IMG/VR virus record: IMGVR_UViG_3300032288_002343
Span: 1-64,000 of that record
From: a virus
Lineage: Duplodnaviria > Heunggongvirae > Uroviricota > Caudoviricetes
Length of the DNA: 64,000 nt
Direction: 5' to 3' (one strand)
Numbering within the stretch: position 1 is the first letter of the stretch; each line of letters opens with the position of its first letter. Below the pieces are notes generated by a model. The model made no database searches. It was given only the letters and a program-made list of their open reading frames with translations, and had not been told where the DNA came from. Shown here one piece after another: positions 10,076-19,432 of this stretch. Both the position numbers and the translations under genes were made by a program.

Positions 10076-10289
10076 TACAATCTTTTATCTTATTGCTATA
10101 TTATGTTCTTTTTTCGACCAGATACACTATCCCCATTCTATTATCAGTGGTTATGGATGCTTCCATTTACCAGAATCAACCACCAATTGACTATCCATCT
10201 GTAGGGAGTAGATACATCCCTACCCACCCAACCGCCCCAAAGTTACAACATATACATACCAACTTCCAAATTTATTTTTTAATGGTTTA

Positions 10290-10554
10290 AAAACACACCC
10301 CTATTTGTACCCACAGTATAACTATCTCCAAATATGTAAACCCATACCTTGACAAACACCCCCTGGTAGTAAACCCATAGCTTTACTCCCCCTCCTTTAG
10401 AGCCCAACTATTTATGCCCCCTAGGTTTCACGTGGAACCAAAAATCCCCCCTGTGCATGGGAGGGGAGGGTACTTCCAACCAAAACCCCTCCACATCTCG
10501 CGGTGGTTGGGGATACCCCCCATTTAATGAAACATCGTAACCTAAAACAATTTT
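10290..10554. repeat. C-rich divergent intergenic region with about 7 spaced CCCC(C)T motifs and G/C-tract inverted repeats; candidate origin or regulatory hub
   Basis: acaCCCCTa, acaCCCCCTg, actCCCCCTc, tgCCCCCTa, atCCCCCCTg, aaCCCCTCc, taCCCCCCa occur about every 25-40 bp on the plus strand. Direct repeat GTAAACCCATA appears twice. Inverted GGGAGGGG/CCCCTCC. Confidence 0.45.
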
Positions 10555-10938
10555 ATGGAACTCAAAGGCAGACAAGTTGGAAAGATTAAGTTAATTTCCA
10601 CAGGCAACAAGTACAATGTTGAAGAAGGTCACCCATTTTATGGCCAAACTTACAACTTGTACCAATTTAATGGTATTGCATTCACAGTTAACTCAAATGA
10701 TGAGTTTGTGAAATTGCGTGACACTAACAAACTGTTCAGTGTTGATTTCGTTGAAGGAACTCGTGAGCGTGAGATTGATGGTCAATTAGTTAAGGTGCCT
10801 TCATTACAGTTAGTTAGTAGCACTAGCATTGATTTCGAAGTTAATATGGCTAAGACTGAATCTGTGCTTAACAAGATTTACCGTGATGCTGAGACCACAG
10901 AAGTTAGTGAAGACTTATTCGCTGAACTAGTGAAATGA
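10555..10938 (+). CDS. hypothetical protein (first plus-strand early gene)
   Basis: 127 aa ORF followed by two tandem intrinsic terminators. Confidence 0.5.
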   Translation: MELKGRQVGKIKLISTGNKYNVEEGHPFYGQTYNLYQFNGIAFTVNSNDEFVKLRDTNKLFSVDFVEGTREREIDGQLVKVPSLQLVSSTSIDFEVNMAKTESVLNKIYRDAETTEVSEDLFAELVK

Positions 10939-10940
10939 TA

Positions 10941-10963
10941 GAGGGGCTTCGTGCCCCTTTTTC
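10941..10963 (+). terminator. rho-independent terminator
   Basis: GAGGGGC-ttcg-TGCCCCT hairpin followed by TTTTT. Confidence 0.6.
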
Positions 10964-10998
10964 ATATATCAGGGTGGGAAATCATTCTGTATTTCAAA

Positions 10999-11028
10999 GG
11001 GTGGGACTAAAAAACCCACCTTTTGTTT
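10999..11028 (+). terminator. second tandem rho-independent terminator
   Basis: GGGTGGG-actaaaaaa-CCCACC hairpin followed by TTTTGTTT. Confidence 0.5.
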
Positions 11029-11337
11029 ATATAAGTGATTGATTTCGTGTGAGTTAGAGAGATGGTGTATAACCCATTGCACCTTTTAGCACCCTTTTCA
11101 CCACTTATCTCTTTTAACCAGCTATATGCATAAATATAGCATTAATACATGATTTATGAAAACATACACATTAGAGCAGCTCATGGCAAAAGGTATTGCT
11201 GAGCGTCCAACAGACAGATCTATCATCACTACAGATGGACATTTATACATCCAATACAATGGTGAGTGGGTAGAGACTGGTGCTGTTGCTTTAGACATTG
11301 CTGGACAAAATAGTTTGTAATTCCGCAGACAATGGTT

Positions 11338-11417
11338 AGTTAGGTGGCGAAATAGAGCAAACGCACGTATTATGTACGATTCCTATTGGAATACAGGTTC
11401 GAGTCCTGTCCTGACTA
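11338..11417 (+). tRNA. tRNA-like element (canonical T-arm and acceptor stem; D and anticodon arms degenerate)
   Basis: AGTTAGG...ACAGG-TTCGAGT-CCTGT-CCTGACT-A. The 7-bp acceptor stem includes one G-U pair. The GGTTCGAGTCC T-loop is canonical. The D-arm and anticodon arm fold poorly by eye; the best anticodon-loop reading is UAU. Could be a degenerate tRNA or the 3' tRNA fragment of an att core. Confidence 0.3.
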
Positions 11418-11654
11418 CAATAACAGTGAATGTATACATTTAATGTGGGGTGGACACAACCACAGCTGTTATTTGTTGCATATGACACACAACAGAATAT
11501 ATATGCTGAGGCAACATTAGGCTATATATTCGCTTTGTTAAGGTGTTCTATCTGTTCTACTTCAAAGAATGGAGGCTTTTTATAGTTGAAGCGCTCAATA
11601 AACTATTATTTTTTCCTTAAACCCTTAATAATCAACAATTTAAAACAGTTTGCT

Positions 11655-12083
11655 ATGAAAAGAAATGAAATTCTTGAGTATTTAACTCCTTTATTTATAG
11701 AACAATTGGACAAGATAACCAACACGTATAAAGTTATTGGTATATCAGGAGACTTTGCCAGAAAGAATGGTATAGGCTCATTAACATATGACGAAAGTCC
11801 TATGTGGCTGCAGTTTAGAGGGGCAAACAGTGATAGTAATGCTGTTCTCTTTAAATGTTCACTGAGTAATGTAGGATTTGAGATACCATTAAGTAGTGAT
11901 GATATAGACACATTGTTATGGTCTAGTGGTGGGCACAGTGTAGTGTATGATTATTTCAAAAGGATCAAATATCTCCATCTGAAGGAACATCATCCTACAG
12001 TTTGGGAAGAACAGCATCCTTCCAATATAGCAAGAGTTGAGGCTTTCCTAGACTCAGCAGGCTATACAGAGCAAGACAGATAA
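11655..12083 (+). CDS. hypothetical early protein
   Basis: The ORF track starts at TTG 11586; the first ATG is at 11655. A conserved 22-nt leader motif lies just upstream. Confidence 0.5.
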   Translation: MKRNEILEYLTPLFIEQLDKITNTYKVIGISGDFARKNGIGSLTYDESPMWLQFRGANSDSNAVLFKCSLSNVGFEIPLSSDDIDTLLWSSGGHSVVYDYFKRIKYLHLKEHHPTVWEEQHPSNIARVEAFLDSAGYTEQDR

Positions 12084-12115
12084 ATCATTATTAATCAACT
12101 ATTTAAATCATTTTT

Positions 12116-12460
12116 ATGCTTACATATGAAAAAGTTTGGAGCAATAGAAGTTTAGTGCTTCATTACACAGCTAATACAGCTAAAGAGTATGCTACAATGA
12201 AAAGAAAACTGCATGAACACAGTGAATATGACACTGAGTGGACAAAAAAGATACGTGATTGGGTGGATGCAGGCTATTTTAAGTATGAGTTTGATGAGGA
12301 GTTTTTAGGAGATAGTGCCTGCATCTTCAGAATCACCTTTTATGAGGTGAAGTTATCTAAAGAGTTCCTTATAGACTTAGATAGCTATCTATCTGAATAT
12401 TCATCTGAAAAGATTAGTTGTGTGACACGTATGGATATAGAAGTTCTTCTTAATGATTAA
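12116..12460 (+). CDS. hypothetical early protein
   Basis: 114 aa ORF preceded by the same conserved leader motif. Confidence 0.5.
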   Translation: MLTYEKVWSNRSLVLHYTANTAKEYATMKRKLHEHSEYDTEWTKKIRDWVDAGYFKYEFDEEFLGDSACIFRITFYEVKLSKEFLIDLDSYLSEYSSEKISCVTRMDIEVLLND

Positions 12461-12526
12461 GAGCCTGTAGCAGGGCTCTTTTCTTTTTTATAAACTCTTA
12501 ATAATCAACCATTTAAACACATTATT

Positions 12527-12859
12527 ATGAACGCACAAGCAGAGTTCAACAGCTTTATTGTAGGCAAACCTGATGTTATATGTGCTTATGTACAGGATAT
12601 AGGATGGTATGATGATGATGAACCACAACCAGCACGTATTGAGCTTCCTTTGGGATATACAGATGAACAATATGGTGAGTTTATGGGTAAGCTAAACTTT
12701 ACATATGACAGTGGTTATGGAGCTCAGAATTTAGATGGTGTTATATGGTTCAAGGATGGATCGTGGGCTACAAGAGGAGAATATGATGGAAGTGAGTGGT
12801 GGCAATACCATAAACTTCCTGAAGTGCCAACCTATCTCTATCCTGAGGAAGATAGATAA
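12527..12859 (+). CDS. hypothetical early protein
   Basis: 110 aa ORF preceded by the same conserved leader motif. Confidence 0.5.
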   Translation: MNAQAEFNSFIVGKPDVICAYVQDIGWYDDDEPQPARIELPLGYTDEQYGEFMGKLNFTYDSGYGAQNLDGVIWFKDGSWATRGEYDGSEWWQYHKLPEVPTYLYPEEDR

Positions 12860-12900
12860 GATATTGAAGGTGCTCATACACAAGATGAGTAAATGGCTAC

Positions 12901-13461
12901 ATGGCACAGCCTTTTATTGTTTTTCATAGACAAGCAATCGTTCGCTCCTGTATTTCTATACTGGGAGCTTTTTTATTAACACTTGTAAATCAACCTTTTA
13001 TGAGACATAAATTGAGAGAAAAGCTCATCAATAGGCTTCACGCAAAATTAAATCGTGGTTATGATCACTTTCTTGAGGTGCTTGGACACGGTTGTCCTTT
13101 AGGAATAGATCCTATTGATTCAATCGAGTTATCAGTACGTGAACCGAAGCAAATTGAATGCTATCAAGGACCTGTTATTTTACTGAATGACAGTGCATCT
13201 CATCAAGTGAATCATCCAATATTTGAAGGAGATATTACACCCTTCACTAGAGGAATTACAGGCAATCTTTGCAGGATGTATATTTTGGATGGTATATTTC
13301 CTATATCAAAAACACTACCAATACCACACTGGGGAACAGCTGAATATGCTCAATTGGCTATCATCAGACGTAAGAAAATAACAGAACAACGTTTGAAAGA
13401 TGGCACAGCAGAGGTAAGAAATGGTATGGTTTGGTATAAAGCAAAAAAGTTAAACAATTAA
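12901..13461 (+). CDS. hypothetical protein
   Basis: 186 aa ORF. Overlaps a shorter alternative-frame ORF, so the call is uncertain. Confidence 0.3.
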   Translation: MAQPFIVFHRQAIVRSCISILGAFLLTLVNQPFMRHKLREKLINRLHAKLNRGYDHFLEVLGHGCPLGIDPIDSIELSVREPKQIECYQGPVILLNDSASHQVNHPIFEGDITPFTRGITGNLCRMYILDGIFPISKTLPIPHWGTAEYAQLAIIRRKKITEQRLKDGTAEVRNGMVWYKAKKLNN

Positions 13462-13659
13462 AAATCAATAAGTTATGTTACTAAAATGGATCTATTATGG
13501 TGTATCTCTAGTATTAGTTGCACCATATCTCACCTGGAATGCTTTTGTTAGCCTCATTATGTGGGATGCTAAGTATTGGGACAACGCCTGTTATGGTGTT
13601 TACAGAGGAATGGATGATGATGAAAATCACTTTAACCCTCAAAACAAATTTTAAATAGC

Positions 13660-14784
13660 ATGGCACAGTACGATTTACTCATAGTGGGATCTGGCTTATA
13701 TGGTAGTGTATTTGCATATATTATGAGACAGTCAGGTTATCGTTGTCTTGTGATAGATCGTCGTGCTCATACTGGAGGTAACATCTATTGTGAGCGTAAA
13801 GAGGATATTGATGTCCATACCTATGGAGCACATATCTTTCACACTAATGATCAGGATACCTGGGAGTTTGTAAATAGCTTTGTTCCCTTCAATAGATTCA
13901 CCAATTCACCAATGGCTGTATATAAGGGAAAGATGTATAATCTTCCTTTTAATATGAATACCTTCTATCAATTATGGGGAATTAGTAATCCTCAAGAAGT
14001 AAAGCAAAAGATAGCTGAGCAGGTAAAGGAGGCAGGCATAACAAAACCTACTAACTTAGAAGAACAAGCTATTAGTCTGGTAGGTACAGATATTTATGAA
14101 GTGTTGATAAAAGGCTACACTGAGAAACAGTGGGGAAGGTCATGTAGAGAACTACCAACATTCATTATTAAACGATTACCAGTTAGGTTCACCTTTGATA
14201 ATAACTATTTCAATGACAAATATCAAGGTATACCTGAAGGAGGATACAATCGCTTAACTGAAGGATTGCTGGGCGACACACCTATACAGCTTAAGATGGA
14301 CTATCTTGCTAATAGAGAGTATTTCAACTCATTAGCACATTATATACTTTATACAGGTCCTATTGATGCATTCTACAATTATAAGTATGGTACACTAGAT
14401 TATCGCAGCCTTGGATTTCAAGAGCAGTATTTACCAATAGATAACTATCAAGGTGTGGCTGTTGTCAATTATACAGAGGTAGAAGTTCCCTTCACTCGTA
14501 TTGTAGAGCATAAACATTTTACATTTGGTAATCAAGCAGGCACTATCATCACAAAAGAATATCCTATGCAATGGGAAAAGAACCTTGAGCCTTATTATCC
14601 TATCAACGATGAGGTAAATAATAAGCTATTTGCCAGATATCAAGCTCTTGCAGCACATGAATCTAATGTACTATTTGGTGGAAGGTTAGCTGATTACAAG
14701 TATTATGATATGCATCAAGTTATTGCCTCTGCTCGTGTGCGTGCAAATCAATTTATTCAAACTAAATTAAAACAGTCTATATGA
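13660..14784 (+). CDS. glf: UDP-galactopyranose mutase
   Basis: 374 aa. Near full-length similarity to bacterial Glf as recalled from memory. FAD dinucleotide-binding motif VGSGLYG. Other matching segments: HTGGN, YGAHIFHTND, FNRFTNSP, NLPFNMNTF, LEEQAISLVG, IKGYTEKQWGR, RLPVRFTFDNNYF, YQGIP, TRIVEHKHF, EPYYPIND, GRLADYKYYDMHQVI. Confidence 0.9.
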   Translation: MAQYDLLIVGSGLYGSVFAYIMRQSGYRCLVIDRRAHTGGNIYCERKEDIDVHTYGAHIFHTNDQDTWEFVNSFVPFNRFTNSPMAVYKGKMYNLPFNMNTFYQLWGISNPQEVKQKIAEQVKEAGITKPTNLEEQAISLVGTDIYEVLIKGYTEKQWGRSCRELPTFIIKRLPVRFTFDNNYFNDKYQGIPEGGYNRLTEGLLGDTPIQLKMDYLANREYFNSLAHYILYTGPIDAFYNYKYGTLDYRSLGFQEQYLPIDNYQGVAVVNYTEVEVPFTRIVEHKHFTFGNQAGTIITKEYPMQWEKNLEPYYPINDEVNNKLFARYQALAAHESNVLFGGRLADYKYYDMHQVIASARVRANQFIQTKLKQSI

Positions 14785-14901
14785 AAAAGTTATTCCTATT
14801 AGCATTTATTGCTATATTTATGTTGCAAAGCTGTGCCACAAATGGGTATGGCTGCAAGGGCAGATCAAAGCTCATCACACGTGTAAAACAATTCAATTAA
14901 T
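14782..14901 (+). CDS. small putative lipoprotein (39 aa)
   Basis: MKKLFLLAFIAIFMLQSC...: signal peptide with a lipobox-like LQSC. Below the ORF-track size cutoff. Confidence 0.3.
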
Positions 14902-15068
14902 CCTTTAATTAACATCCAAATGAAAACAATCACCTTCAGCTCTCCCAGAGAGTTTGCTTTATTTAAAGCCTTAGCCAACCGTTTACAAATCTTATTTATG
15001 TACTCAGTGAGCCACGGTATTATCACCGTGGAAGCTGATGCATCATCGCTTGAAGGGTTGGGTTATTA

Positions 15069-15102
15069 AGGATGGAAAGGACAGCCCTGAAATATGGGCT
15101 GT
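15069..15102 (+). terminator. rho-independent terminator
   Basis: GGACAGCCC-tgaaatat-GGGCTGTTCC hairpin followed by TTTTTT. Confidence 0.5.
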
Positions 15103-15368
15103 TCCTTTTTTAACTTATCCTGTTCTGGGGGAACAACGCTCTCGCTCCATGCGTTAGTACCAGTGATGGGACTAAACATCCTGTGTAAGATTGTCACTTT
15201 TAAAAACAAATAATATGACAGCAGAATTTATATTATGGCTAAAAGACTACTACCAATACAAAGATGGTATGTGGTATTGCAAGCTAGAAAAACCTTATGT
15301 AACTGGTAACCAAAGGAAGTTTTACACTGAGGAAGAACTCATTAGAAAATACAAAGAAACCTACGGTT

Positions 15369-15421
15369 AACACTTTTACGTTTGAAAAAGTGTTGTAAAT
15401 CACACTTTTACGTACGTAAAA
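15369..15421. promoter_or_regulatory. pair of palindromic operator-like sites sharing TTTTACGT
   Basis: AACACTTTT-acgtttg-AAAAGTGTT (9-bp inverted repeat) and the perfect 16-bp palindrome TTTTACGTACGTAAAA 12 nt downstream. They lie upstream of the secreted-protein gene at 15517. Confidence 0.35.
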
Positions 15422-15516
15422 CTGTATCCACACCCATAATGAGTCATATAATGCACTTTATGGCTCATATTGGTCCTTTATAAGTCACATTATCGCTCAC
15501 AACTTAAACCTAACCT

Positions 15517-15945
15517 ATGAAAAAGTTATTTCTATGTCTGGTGCTAGTTATGGCATCCGTCATAAGCTATTGTCAAAAGGATGAGGCTATCCTTTATAAA
15601 GCCTATCAAACTGAGTTTTACACCTACAACACTGGTACAGAAAAATGGGTGCTGCAAACTAAACATGATGATGTAAACATCAGTATTGTGTTCTTCAAGA
15701 ACTCTATCAATGTTCAAGCTCTTACGCCTACACTATTCAAGCTCAAAAAAGACACACAGGAGTCTTTTAACAAAGAAACCATTTATGGGGTGAAGTTTGA
15801 TGCTTTAGAATGTGTAAAAGAGGTGGCCTGCAAGGTTAATTACATATATGTTAAGAACAGCAATGACTTTATTCTTAGTATAGTGTTTAATGATGATACA
15901 TTAGGCAGTGTAAATCTCAGATATTATTGTAAAATGAATGACTAA
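15517..15945 (+). CDS. secreted protein (N-terminal signal peptide)
   Basis: MKKLFLCLVLVMASVISYCQ signal peptide. 142 aa. Confidence 0.5.
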   Translation: MKKLFLCLVLVMASVISYCQKDEAILYKAYQTEFYTYNTGTEKWVLQTKHDDVNISIVFFKNSINVQALTPTLFKLKKDTQESFNKETIYGVKFDALECVKEVACKVNYIYVKNSNDFILSIVFNDDTLGSVNLRYYCKMND

Positions 15946-16150
15946 TATTTTGTAAAGATTCATGCAAACAGTAATACATAACACATTATAAATCATTTAC
16001 TTATGAACAAAGAAGAGCAAAAACAGCTCATTACAGAAATAATGAATGAGGATGCTAAAGATGACATCATACAACTAGCAAAAGAAAGCTGGGAAGGATG
16101 TCAGGGATGTGATGAGAATGATAGAAACTTTTGGATAAACGGATTTATTC

Positions 16151-16399
16151 ATGGCTATAATGCCGCTAAAAACAAATAACATGGCAATTAACACATTCGT
16201 GACTAAAAAGTCAAGCAACAAGTATCCCAGACTTATGACAAGTAAGGATGATGGATATGTTTATTTATTCCTAGCAGAAGGTCTAGCTGTTCCTCTAAAC
16301 AATCCAGATTATGACAGAGAGTTGGATGGAGATGATATACAAGGCTGGAACATGCACAACTTTGAAGACTTTGATAACTCAATCACCCTAACAAACTAA
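16151..16399 (+). CDS. hypothetical protein
   Basis: 82 aa ORF in the early block. Confidence 0.4.
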   Translation: MAIMPLKTNNMAINTFVTKKSSNKYPRLMTSKDDGYVYLFLAEGLAVPLNNPDYDRELDGDDIQGWNMHNFEDFDNSITLTN

Positions 16400-16404
16400 A
16401 TCAT

Positions 16405-16620
16405 ATGATAGGAACAATATTCAGAAAGCATGTCGAGAGATATGAAGCTGGAGAAGCTGGCAAATCTATGTATCAAGCGTGGAAGGTAACAAAAGACCTA
16501 GGAGATGGACTGTATGAATGTGTACGTGTAGATAATACACAAGATCCTATGGGTGCTGCTAATCCACAGAAGCGTACATTTAAACAAAAAGACATCCTTA
16601 ACTATCTTAAAACTAAATAG
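16405..16620 (+). CDS. hypothetical protein
   Basis: 71 aa ORF, tightly packed with its neighbours. Confidence 0.4.
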   Translation: MIGTIFRKHVERYEAGEAGKSMYQAWKVTKDLGDGLYECVRVDNTQDPMGAANPQKRTFKQKDILNYLKTK

Positions 16621-16622
16621 TT

Positions 16623-17201
16623 ATGCACTTCACCGTTGAGCTTGTGCTTAAGAGCTATATGCCTAAGCATCTAGAACCAGGTATGTGGTTTATAACAAAG
16701 CTTAATCCAGGCACCAGAAAAGAATATTCAGAGATATGGGCCTTGGACAAGTTTCCGTTAGAACCACTAGAAGAGTTTATAGCTAAAAATGGTGCTCCTG
16801 TCGAGCCCTATCTAATCTATGATGAGCAGGTGCTCGCTGAGCCACACGAGATTGGATGGTGGGATGATGGACCACAATATGATGAGCTCAGAGATATAGA
16901 GCTCAAAGATGTTAATTTCATCATTAATGAATGGGATGGGTATGTAGAAATAGAGATAGACGAATGGGATTTTGCTCATGAGGATGAAGTAAATCCAATT
17001 ATGTACGCAGGCAAGGTGACACTCACTCTTCCAGATATATATGAAGAAGAAGAGGAATATGATGATGAAGGTCCTTGGTTATGTGAGCATTGTAATGGTT
17101 CAGGATATGGTGCTACACCAGATGTAGCTTGTCCTGTATGCCATGGAGAGGGTGAAATCTATCTTTCAGATGATGAAGAGAATATAGAAGAAGATAATTA
17201 A
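16623..17201 (+). CDS. acidic protein with DnaJ-type CxxCxGxG zinc finger
   Basis: CEHCNGSGYGATPDVACPVCHGEG. Very acidic (EEEEYDDE, DDEENIEEDN). Confidence 0.5.
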   Translation: MHFTVELVLKSYMPKHLEPGMWFITKLNPGTRKEYSEIWALDKFPLEPLEEFIAKNGAPVEPYLIYDEQVLAEPHEIGWWDDGPQYDELRDIELKDVNFIINEWDGYVEIEIDEWDFAHEDEVNPIMYAGKVTLTLPDIYEEEEEYDDEGPWLCEHCNGSGYGATPDVACPVCHGEGEIYLSDDEENIEEDN

Positions 17202-17219
17202 TTAACAAAACAAAAGCAT

Positions 17220-17420
17220 ATGTTAAAGCACATTAAATTAGAAAGGCTTCAAGAGATTGAGGCTGAAAGAGCACAAACAGAAACAGATCCCAACTTTCAA
17301 CAATGGATGAGTGACCTTCAAATAGGTAAACTCTATGAGAAGAAAGATGGTATCACTAGAGCACAACAAATGATGGCAGACTGGAATCAATCACCTTTAA
17401 ACAAACATTTATGGGAGTAG
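17220..17420 (+). CDS. hypothetical protein
   Basis: 66 aa ORF. Confidence 0.35.
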   Translation: MLKHIKLERLQEIEAERAQTETDPNFQQWMSDLQIGKLYEKKDGITRAQQMMADWNQSPLNKHLWE

Positions 17421-17983
17421 ATATTGCTGGGATTAATCCTCAAATAGTTGGGGAGCGTCCACAGGAACCAGATTGGAAAACAGCCACACAGTATGAAAAG
17501 GATATGTTTTACAATTCTTTAGATTTATGGAGGTCTAACAATCCTGGTGTTTATTTTACTAGTAATTGGTGGGGTTGGAGACCAATACATATAATAGCTG
17601 AGATGGCCATTAGATTGATGAATCTTCCATTTGACACCTCTGACTGGGGGTCTAATGATGGTGGTGGATTGAAAACACAAGAAGAATGTGACCAACTAGC
17701 TGATGCAATTGATGCATTTATGACGCTAAATCATGCTAATATGTATGATGATGAGGATAGGTTCTATCTGTGTCTTGGTTCATGGACCAACTCTAGTGGT
17801 TCATTTATTGATAAAGAGATACAGGATGAGCTAAATGCACAACATCTATTAGGCACTATCCTCTACCGTGGAGTGGTAGCATCTAATGGACAATTAGTGT
17901 TTCCTTCTCACAGCGCTCCTCTGTATCATGTAAACAATTTTGTCACCTTCCTTCGCAAATGTGGAGGATTTGAAATCTGGTAA
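17411..17983 (+). CDS. hypothetical protein
   Basis: 190 aa ORF. Confidence 0.45.
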   Translation: MGVDIAGINPQIVGERPQEPDWKTATQYEKDMFYNSLDLWRSNNPGVYFTSNWWGWRPIHIIAEMAIRLMNLPFDTSDWGSNDGGGLKTQEECDQLADAIDAFMTLNHANMYDDEDRFYLCLGSWTNSSGSFIDKEIQDELNAQHLLGTILYRGVVASNGQLVFPSHSAPLYHVNNFVTFLRKCGGFEIW

Positions 17984-18545
17984 CATGAATAGATATGCAA
18001 TAGCTGCCGCTTTAGGCATAGAAAGAAAGAATAAAAAGGAGGTCAGAGACTTCCTTTTTTCATTATTTATGGATATGCAGCTTAATAAAATCGTAGGACT
18101 GGCTGGTCCAAACATCCAAGACTATATCGATTATTGTAAGTCTAAGGGCTTTACAGAGTTTGAGATATATGAAAAGGATGGTCTTGTAGCCATGCATCAA
18201 TTAATTCATTTAAAGGATAAGGTTCAGCTCAACCTAAAAGACATTTTGCATGCAGATGCAAATCAACCGAACACCTTTTTTGATTTTGATTTTTGTGGCA
18301 CAGTGAGATATCTAAAAGAGCATATAGCTAAGTTCCACGGACCCTTTATTATGACATTCTGTAATCGCGTCCCTTTGAAAGAAACAATTGGGACATTCTT
18401 TGGTGTCAGAGGGGAAACCATATTAGAAACAAACGTAAAAACATCACCAATTAAGCACACAGAATACATCACTAATGTAGGCAAATACATATACGCCTAT
18501 TATAGAGATACTGTTCCTATGTGCTGTATTGCTAAAATTGCTTAA
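17940..18545 (+). CDS. hypothetical protein
   Basis: 201 aa ORF. Confidence 0.45.
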   Translation: MSPSFANVEDLKSGNMNRYAIAAALGIERKNKKEVRDFLFSLFMDMQLNKIVGLAGPNIQDYIDYCKSKGFTEFEIYEKDGLVAMHQLIHLKDKVQLNLKDILHADANQPNTFFDFDFCGTVRYLKEHIAKFHGPFIMTFCNRVPLKETIGTFFGVRGETILETNVKTSPIKHTEYITNVGKYIYAYYRDTVPMCCIAKIA

Positions 18546-18563
18546 CCAATTAAATTTAAAACA

Positions 18564-18902
18564 ATGGCAACAAACAAATTCTTCTACAACTGGAGAGAAA
18601 TCAAAGAGTTAAAAGACATGATTCGTACAGGAGAGCCTATTGCTAAAATTGCTCGCAGAGAATATGAGCGCTTTGGCACTTCAGAATTGGCTTTAAAAAT
18701 GAAGATGTATCAACTCGCAAAGAGCACTAACAACATTCGTGAGTGGGATGGTTTTAAAACAAAGAGAAAGGCCACTCGTTTAGCAGCTAGTGTAAATCCT
18801 ACAGTGGAAACCAAAGGCTTCACTCTTCCTGAAGGAACCACATTTGAAGGTCAGTCTAAGCGTGTAGTGATCTATCCTGATCATTTTAGAATCTATTTCT
18901 AA
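18564..18902 (+). CDS. hypothetical protein
   Basis: 112 aa ORF. Confidence 0.45.
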   Translation: MATNKFFYNWREIKELKDMIRTGEPIAKIARREYERFGTSELALKMKMYQLAKSTNNIREWDGFKTKRKATRLAASVNPTVETKGFTLPEGTTFEGQSKRVVIYPDHFRIYF

Positions 18903-18919
18903 ACATAAAACACACAGTC

Positions 18920-19135
18920 ATGCTAGCCCCAACCCTCGTCTATCGCTCCTGCTGGAGCAAGATAACACCCTTAGTTTATTCTGATGATAGCAACAATGAT
19001 AATGTTAACAGGTTTATTGATGCTGTGTTCCATCAGAAGAAAACCAAAAGACTTGTGCTGGATAACAACAAGATGTACTATTCTCCTTCGGATGAGTACA
19101 AAAGAATAGTTGTTAGACTTCGTAAATTTAAGTAA
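18920..19135 (+). CDS. hypothetical protein
   Basis: 71 aa ORF followed by a hairpin. Confidence 0.4.
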   Translation: MLAPTLVYRSCWSKITPLVYSDDSNNDNVNRFIDAVFHQKKTKRLVLDNNKMYYSPSDEYKRIVVRLRKFK

Positions 19136-19142
19136 ATTTGAG

Positions 19143-19177
19143 TCCCCATCTCTCTCTTGAGGTGGGGATTCATTTTA
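19143..19177 (+). terminator. hairpin, probable intrinsic terminator (weak T tract)
   Basis: TCCCCATCTC-tctctt-GAGGTGGGGA stem (one G-U pair), then ttcatttta. Confidence 0.35.
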
Positions 19178-19189
19178 AACATTTAATTT

Positions 19190-19432
19190 ATGGCAAAAGA
19201 CAAATGCATTCTCTGTGGTGTAGAAACACCATATGAATTTGAGACACATGTTGACATGCGTATAGGGTATATTGAAGGGGCTGGGCAATTGTGCAAAGCA
19301 TGTTATAACAAAGGCACAGAAAGAGAACACATAATTATTCCTATAGACATCATCTATAGTACACCTAATGATCAAGAACTAGGTGGTAAGGTGAGAATTA
19401 TTTATTATCAAACAAGAAAAAATGGCAACTAA
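19190..19432 (+). CDS. zinc-ribbon protein
   Basis: CILCGV...CKACYNKG, two CxxC pairs. Confidence 0.45.
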   Translation: MAKDKCILCGVETPYEFETHVDMRIGYIEGAGQLCKACYNKGTEREHIIIPIDIIYSTPNDQELGGKVRIIYYQTRKNGN

